Source: Gammaproteobacteria bacterium | Lineage (GTDB): Bacteria; Pseudomonadota; Gammaproteobacteria; Magnimaribacterales; AG-339-G14 | Direction of reading: 5' to 3' | Length of the DNA: 64,000 nucleotides | Assembly (NCBI GenBank): GCA_003331625.1 | Contig: QOPF01000003.1 | Span: 12,355-76,354 of the forward strand | In this document: positions 59,890 to 64,000 of the stretch, piece after piece | How positions within the stretch are numbered: position 1 is the first letter of the stretch | Layout of the letters: each line of letters begins with the position of its first letter | Translations under genes and position numbers: made by a program | Notes under the pieces: generated by a model | What the model saw: the letters and a program-made list of their open reading frames with translations, nothing else | What the model was told of the DNA's origin: nothing | The model's database searches: none

Positions 59890-60405
59890 TTAGATAATTT
59901 TGGCTATCTTGACTGCAAAAGCAGAGCCGCTGCTGACGATTTTTGTCCAGAAATTAATAAAAATACCTGGCGTTAAATTCTTCTTTTCAGCTGACTCAAG
60001 TTTGTGATCTATTTCGTCGTCTTGACATGACTGGAGAAGATCAATTAACTCTTGATTAGGATTTGGCTGAGCTCGAAGATACTTAAGCTGTTCTTCGTAG
60101 TGCTCTTCCACGAAGGCTTCGACAGCTTCAATGGTAGCAAACACAATTTTTGGTCCAAATAGTGCAGGAATAAATCCAAGTAAAAAGCCTGCAATTTTCC
60201 ATAACCCAACAAGTTTAGATCTATCTTTTTTAGGAAGCACTGCTTCTATTTTTCGTAGGTGAGACTCTTCAGTTACTAAATGTCTCTTAGAGAAACTAAC
60301 TAGCTCTGAATCTGTAGCGATTTTAAGGATACCTTTGTAAATGTACACGGCACCAACTTCGCCTGCATGATCTGATCTCAAAAAAGCTTTTAAAAGACTA
60401 TTCAT
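59890..60405 (-). CDS. Coq7-family demethoxyubiquinone hydroxylase (di-iron)
   Basis: LRSDHAGE.GA..IY.G, E..H, VE..VE.HY..Q and DE..H ferritin-like ligands. Confidence 0.85.
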   Translation of the reverse strand: MNSLLKAFLRSDHAGEVGAVYIYKGILKIATDSELVSFSKRHLVTEESHLRKIEAVLPKKDRSKLVGLWKIAGFLLGFIPALFGPKIVFATIEAVEAFVEEHYEEQLKYLRAQPNPNQELIDLLQSCQDDEIDHKLESAEKKNLTPGIFINFWTKIVSSGSAFAVKIAKII

Positions 60406-60447
60406 AGCCAAAAATTACCTAAAATATAAGTTATAAAAAAATATCTT

Positions 60448-60711
60448 TTAAGATGCATTAGTTTTTTTATACTCTTTGTAATTATTCGCTATTCCTACAT
60501 AGTTAATGTAAGCCCATATTGGCATGAAAGCTAGAAGCCACCAAAGTTCTGTTGCCACTAATAAATAAACTCCTGGAATAAAACCAACGGTCCCAATGAT
60601 AAAGCCATAAAGACGGATTTTTGCATTAATACTTGTTAAAAAATAAACACAAGCAAATGCAAAAAGCTGATCAAAGATTTGTGCGGTGTTAAAAATATTA
60701 AATTCAAGCAT
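60448..60711 (-). CDS. Small hypothetical membrane protein
   Basis: 87 aa, about 3 hydrophobic helices, GAGGT RBS 5 nt before ATG. Confidence 0.7.
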   Translation of the reverse strand: MLEFNIFNTAQIFDQLFAFACVYFLTSINAKIRLYGFIIGTVGFIPGVYLLVATELWWLLAFMPIWAYINYVGIANNYKEYKKTNAS

Positions 60712-60728
60712 GTTTTACCTCGGATAAT

Positions 60729-60805
60729 TGGTAGACACGCCCGGATTCGAACCGGGGACCCCTACCATGTCAAGGTAGTACTCTAACCAACTGAGCTACG
60801 TGTCT
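60729..60805 (-). tRNA. tRNA-Val (GAC)
   Basis: AGACACG/CGTGTCT acceptor stem, anticodon loop TTGACAT, GTTCGAATC, CCA. Confidence 0.95.
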
Positions 60806-62055
60806 ATATTCGGCACGAATTCTAACACAGTCGCATTAATACAATACCTAGGCTTGCCATTTGGACCATCGTTAAAAACATGACCCAAATGTATGCCAGA
60901 TGATTTTGATTTAACTTCTACCCTCACCATGCCATAACTGTAATCCATATGTTCTGTGACTGAATCTTTTACAGCTTCGGTAAAAGAAAGCCACCCTGTT
61001 TTAGAATTAAACCTATATTTCGTACTAAACAGAGGAGCACCGCTGAGCTTATCTATAAATGTTCCATTTGGAGTATTTTTAAACAGTTCGTATGCTTTGC
61101 AATAGGTTGGATCAGTTCCTTGATTAAAAGCAACTTCATAAGCTTCAGTTTTACCCAGTTTAAATTTACCAAGAGATTCGTAAAACTTATCTTTTGGCAG
61201 ATATCCTTGATGAGCCGATACTTCTTTCCCTTCTTCTAAGAAATAAATTGTTGGCGTTGCCCAAGTAGGTGTTTTTAAATTAAGGCTTGTTAACTCATCA
61301 GATTTTCTAAAAGTAATCTTTATAGACCCTTTATAATCATTTAAAACATCCTCTCTTAATTTATAACAATAAGGACAGCCTTCAGCTTCGAGAATAAGAA
61401 TATTTTTTCCAACTAATAATTCATTATTATTTACATTTTTTTTATTTTGCTCTGAAAATACTATCCCGGTTGAATTATCAGGACAGTAGCCATTGGGATT
61501 TTTTTGAAGATAATCTTGATGATAATTTTCAGCTAAAAAGAATTTAGATAGTTTTTTTATATCGGTTTTTACAGGTCCATACCCACTTTTTTCTAAAAGC
61601 ACCTGATACTGTTCTTTGATTTGGTTTGATAAGGAAATTTCTTTTTCAGAAGAGGCTAAAATCAAAGAACGATATTGAACTCCAATGTCATTGCCTTGTC
61701 TGTTCCCTTGAGTCGGGTCATGCATTTCAAAAAAAATCTTAACAAGCTCGCTAAATGTTATGTGATTACTGTTATAGGTTACTTTGACCACTTCAGCATA
61801 ATTATCTGGATTGAATCTATTTTCTTTTTTTATTATTTCTCTATAAATAGGTTTTATCTTCTTTCCATCAGCATAACCTGATTCAACGTTTATTACTCCC
61901 AAAGTTTCTTGAAATTTCTTTTCAACACTCCAAAAACAACCTGCTCCAAAAACTACTGACTTTATATGATTGGTTGAGTTATTTTGTGGTTCAGCAAAAC
62001 TCCATGAAGTAAAAAGAAAGAATACTACTAGCAAAAGTTTTAAATAATTATGCAT
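60796..62055 (-). CDS. msrAB: Exported methionine sulfoxide reductase fusion MsrA-thioredoxin-MsrB
   Basis: Signal peptide; GAGCFW, HDPTQ..RQGND.G.QYRS and AE.YHQ.Y (MsrA); CPYC...TP (Trx); GW.SF, R.EV, HLGHVF.DGP and RYCIN (MsrB). Confidence 0.9.
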   Translation of the reverse strand: MHNYLKLLLVVFFLFTSWSFAEPQNNSTNHIKSVVFGAGCFWSVEKKFQETLGVINVESGYADGKKIKPIYREIIKKENRFNPDNYAEVVKVTYNSNHITFSELVKIFFEMHDPTQGNRQGNDIGVQYRSLILASSEKEISLSNQIKEQYQVLLEKSGYGPVKTDIKKLSKFFLAENYHQDYLQKNPNGYCPDNSTGIVFSEQNKKNVNNNELLVGKNILILEAEGCPYCYKLREDVLNDYKGSIKITFRKSDELTSLNLKTPTWATPTIYFLEEGKEVSAHQGYLPKDKFYESLGKFKLGKTEAYEVAFNQGTDPTYCKAYELFKNTPNGTFIDKLSGAPLFSTKYRFNSKTGWLSFTEAVKDSVTEHMDYSYGMVRVEVKSKSSGIHLGHVFNDGPNGKPRYCINATVLEFVPNIDT

Positions 62056-63109
62056 CTCGAATTTCCTTTATATGGCCGATTATTTTTTCTGCCTCATCTT
62101 TAACAGAAAATTTTTGATGAATATATTTTGCAGCATTTTCACCCATATTTTTGGTCATGTTTCTATTTTCAATTAAGAATTTTAATTTATCTGCTGTTTG
62201 TTCTACATTGTCGTTATCGACAACAAATCCGTCAACACCATCTCTTACTAGCTCCTTCCAAACTCCGGCAGAACTTGTAAGAACCGCAGCTCCCGAAGAC
62301 ATTCCTTCAAGGGGTGTCAAACCATATCCTTCATTTCTACTTAAAGCTGCTACTACAGATACGCCTTGAAATAATTTTGGCAATTCTTCAAAGGGTCTTT
62401 TGCCAAGAAAAAGAACTCTATCTTGCAAATTAGCTTCTTTTATTTTTTTCAACATTTTATTTTTATAATGCTGATCTTCTGTTTGCGTTTCTCCACAAAT
62501 AATTATGGTTGCTGATTTATTTTCAGGTAAGACCTTTATTGCCGCATCAATAAGTATGTCTACTCCTTTTGAATATCGAACCCTTCCAAAAATTCCTATT
62601 CCAAATGTACCTGGAAATCCTAAATTATTCCAAACTCCTTCTTTATTATCTACTGGTACATATCTTTTAGTATCAATGCCGTGCGGTATAACAATATTGG
62701 GTTTTTTTACTAAATAACTGCCTGCAATATTTGAAGTCGTGACAATACTATCCATTTTTGAAATAAGCCATTTTGTAAATTTTGTATGAATTCTTTGAGC
62801 TGAAGAAGAAAAAATAATCTTAATTTTTGAATTAAAAAAATACTTGGCAATTAAGCCCTGTATCATTTCATCGTTTCTTCTTGTGTAAAAAACTCTTGGT
62901 TTGCCATTAGAGAGTTTTTTTCTAGTCAATAATAGAAATTCTAGGTAAGTTAAAGTTTTATAATTTTTTGGCATGTAAGAAGAGCCAAGAATAGCTAACT
63001 TCATAAGATTATTTTGATATTGAAGTAATTGAATGGTGATAGAAGTTCCTCCTGAAAAATTTCTTCCAGAATTTCCTATGATTAGCTCTATTTCTTTTTC
63101 TTGAGTCAT
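62048..63109 (-). CDS. GT4 glycosyltransferase, LpcC-like LPS core mannosyltransferase
   Basis: NFSG.TS, RRN.EM, S.AQR.H, HGID, GRVR..KG and EGYGLTPLE.M.SG motifs. Confidence 0.85.
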   Translation of the reverse strand: MTQEKEIELIIGNSGRNFSGGTSITIQLLQYQNNLMKLAILGSSYMPKNYKTLTYLEFLLLTRKKLSNGKPRVFYTRRNDEMIQGLIAKYFFNSKIKIIFSSSAQRIHTKFTKWLISKMDSIVTTSNIAGSYLVKKPNIVIPHGIDTKRYVPVDNKEGVWNNLGFPGTFGIGIFGRVRYSKGVDILIDAAIKVLPENKSATIIICGETQTEDQHYKNKMLKKIKEANLQDRVLFLGKRPFEELPKLFQGVSVVAALSRNEGYGLTPLEGMSSGAAVLTSSAGVWKELVRDGVDGFVVDNDNVEQTADKLKFLIENRNMTKNMGENAAKYIHQKFSVKDEAEKIIGHIKEIRDA

Positions 63110-63183
63110 CTATTTAAAAAAAAATTAAATAATTTTTGATTGATTTTAACTTACTAAATACTTTCTATTGGTAGAATTATTAA

Positions 63184-63768
63184 ATGAAATATCTTTTTTT
63201 TCTGTCAATCATTTTCTTATTTTATGGAGCATATCTTTTTATTATTAATAGTAATTTTAATGATAGTACTAAAATTGAAACACAAATTAATGACAGGGCT
63301 TTGCAAAATAGGGATATTGAACAAAAAGTTATTGATCTTACGTCTCTTAGTAAGAGAATCTCAAAAAAAAATATTTACCTAAAATTAGGAAGTATTAAAA
63401 ATAACAATTTTTTAAATCAAATCGATAATCCTTTGGCATATCAAGAAATGCTTAACTTTGAAGAAGCTTTTGGGGATATTATTAAAGGTGATTTATTAAA
63501 TATTAACTTATTTGAAGAAAACTTTAGTAGAGAAATAAAATCTATAACAAAAGTAAGTAAAAATAAGATTATTACTACAAAGGCTGGCGAAGATGAAAAT
63601 GAATCTTTTATTGTTATAGGAAAAGAAATGTCTTTTGGAAAAATTCATATCAATAATAAGGTTTTTCTTTTAAAGAAAAATCTTAGACAAAATTATATTG
63701 TTGATACCGCCAATGTTGAAATGGTAATTCCACAATTTGGAGATGATTATTTAATTAATGAAAATTAA
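63184..63768 (+). CDS. Hypothetical membrane-anchored protein
   Basis: 194-aa ORF with a single N-terminal TM helix and an upstream extended -10 element. Confidence 0.65.
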   Translation: MKYLFFLSIIFLFYGAYLFIINSNFNDSTKIETQINDRALQNRDIEQKVIDLTSLSKRISKKNIYLKLGSIKNNNFLNQIDNPLAYQEMLNFEEAFGDIIKGDLLNINLFEENFSREIKSITKVSKNKIITTKAGEDENESFIVIGKEMSFGKIHINNKVFLLKKNLRQNYIVDTANVEMVIPQFGDDYLINEN

Positions 63769-63771
63769 GTA

Positions 63772-64000
63772 TTAGTCTGGAATACCATCAAAATTTAAAT
63801 CAAGATATGACGTTGGATCAAGCTTAAATGCATCCAAATTATCTAAAACACCATCATTATCATCGTCATTGTCATTAAGATTATTCAATCCATCTCCATC
63901 AGAATCAGTATTTTCTAATTTCCAAATTCTGCCTAAATGATCTTGATACTGCACAATTCCCATTTCAGGATTTAGCCAAAAAATTGTGTGCATCAAATAT
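63772..64000 (-). CDS. C-terminal part of a protein with thrombospondin type-3-like Ca-binding repeats (partial)
   Basis: DSDGDG..N..D.DDDNDGV.D..DAF.LD motif; frame remains open to the window edge. Confidence 0.7.
   Translation of the reverse strand, partial: YLMHTIFWLNPEMGIVQYQDHLGRIWKLENTDSDGDGLNNLNDNDDDNDGVLDNLDAFKLDPTSYLDLNFDGIPD

Noticed and set aside
1-64000. CRISPR array, prophage, IS element or integron
   Set aside because: I saw no regularly spaced repeats, integrase, transposase or phage structural genes, and no duplicated tRNA 3' ends

Overview
Very compact, AT-rich (roughly 30% GC by eye) chromosomal segment of a streamlined gammaproteobacterium. Gene content and synteny suggest a marine SAR86-like lineage, but this is inference. 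The backbone follows the Pseudomonas-type order gloB-mltD-[peptide ABC]-fabI / ppiD-hupB-lon-clpX-clpP-tig-tRNAs / folD. It continues with lipid metabolism genes (acyl-CoA ligase, FabY-like synthase, SDRs, patatin, gpsA, an Atu-like carboxylase cluster), folE, panD, phoD, xseA, sppA, hda, purMN, dcd, recX-dnaX-recR, nadAC, dsbD, pyrB, umuDC with a perfect SOS box, coq7, an MsrA-thioredoxin-MsrB fusion and an LpcC-like glycosyltransferase. Six tRNAs are present. I saw no rRNA, CRISPR array, integrase or transposase. The most notable observations are: (1) a highly structured ~220-nt intergenic RNA at 27660-27881 with a sequestered, extended Shine-Dalgarno motif, a possible 14-codon ATT-start ORF and a strong terminator; (2) an msrAB stop codon lying inside tRNA-Val; (3) protein genes placed inside normally contiguous tRNA clusters; (4) an A10 slippery site in dnaX positioned to give a gamma subunit; (5) a UmuD with a non-canonical Val-Gly cleavage site.
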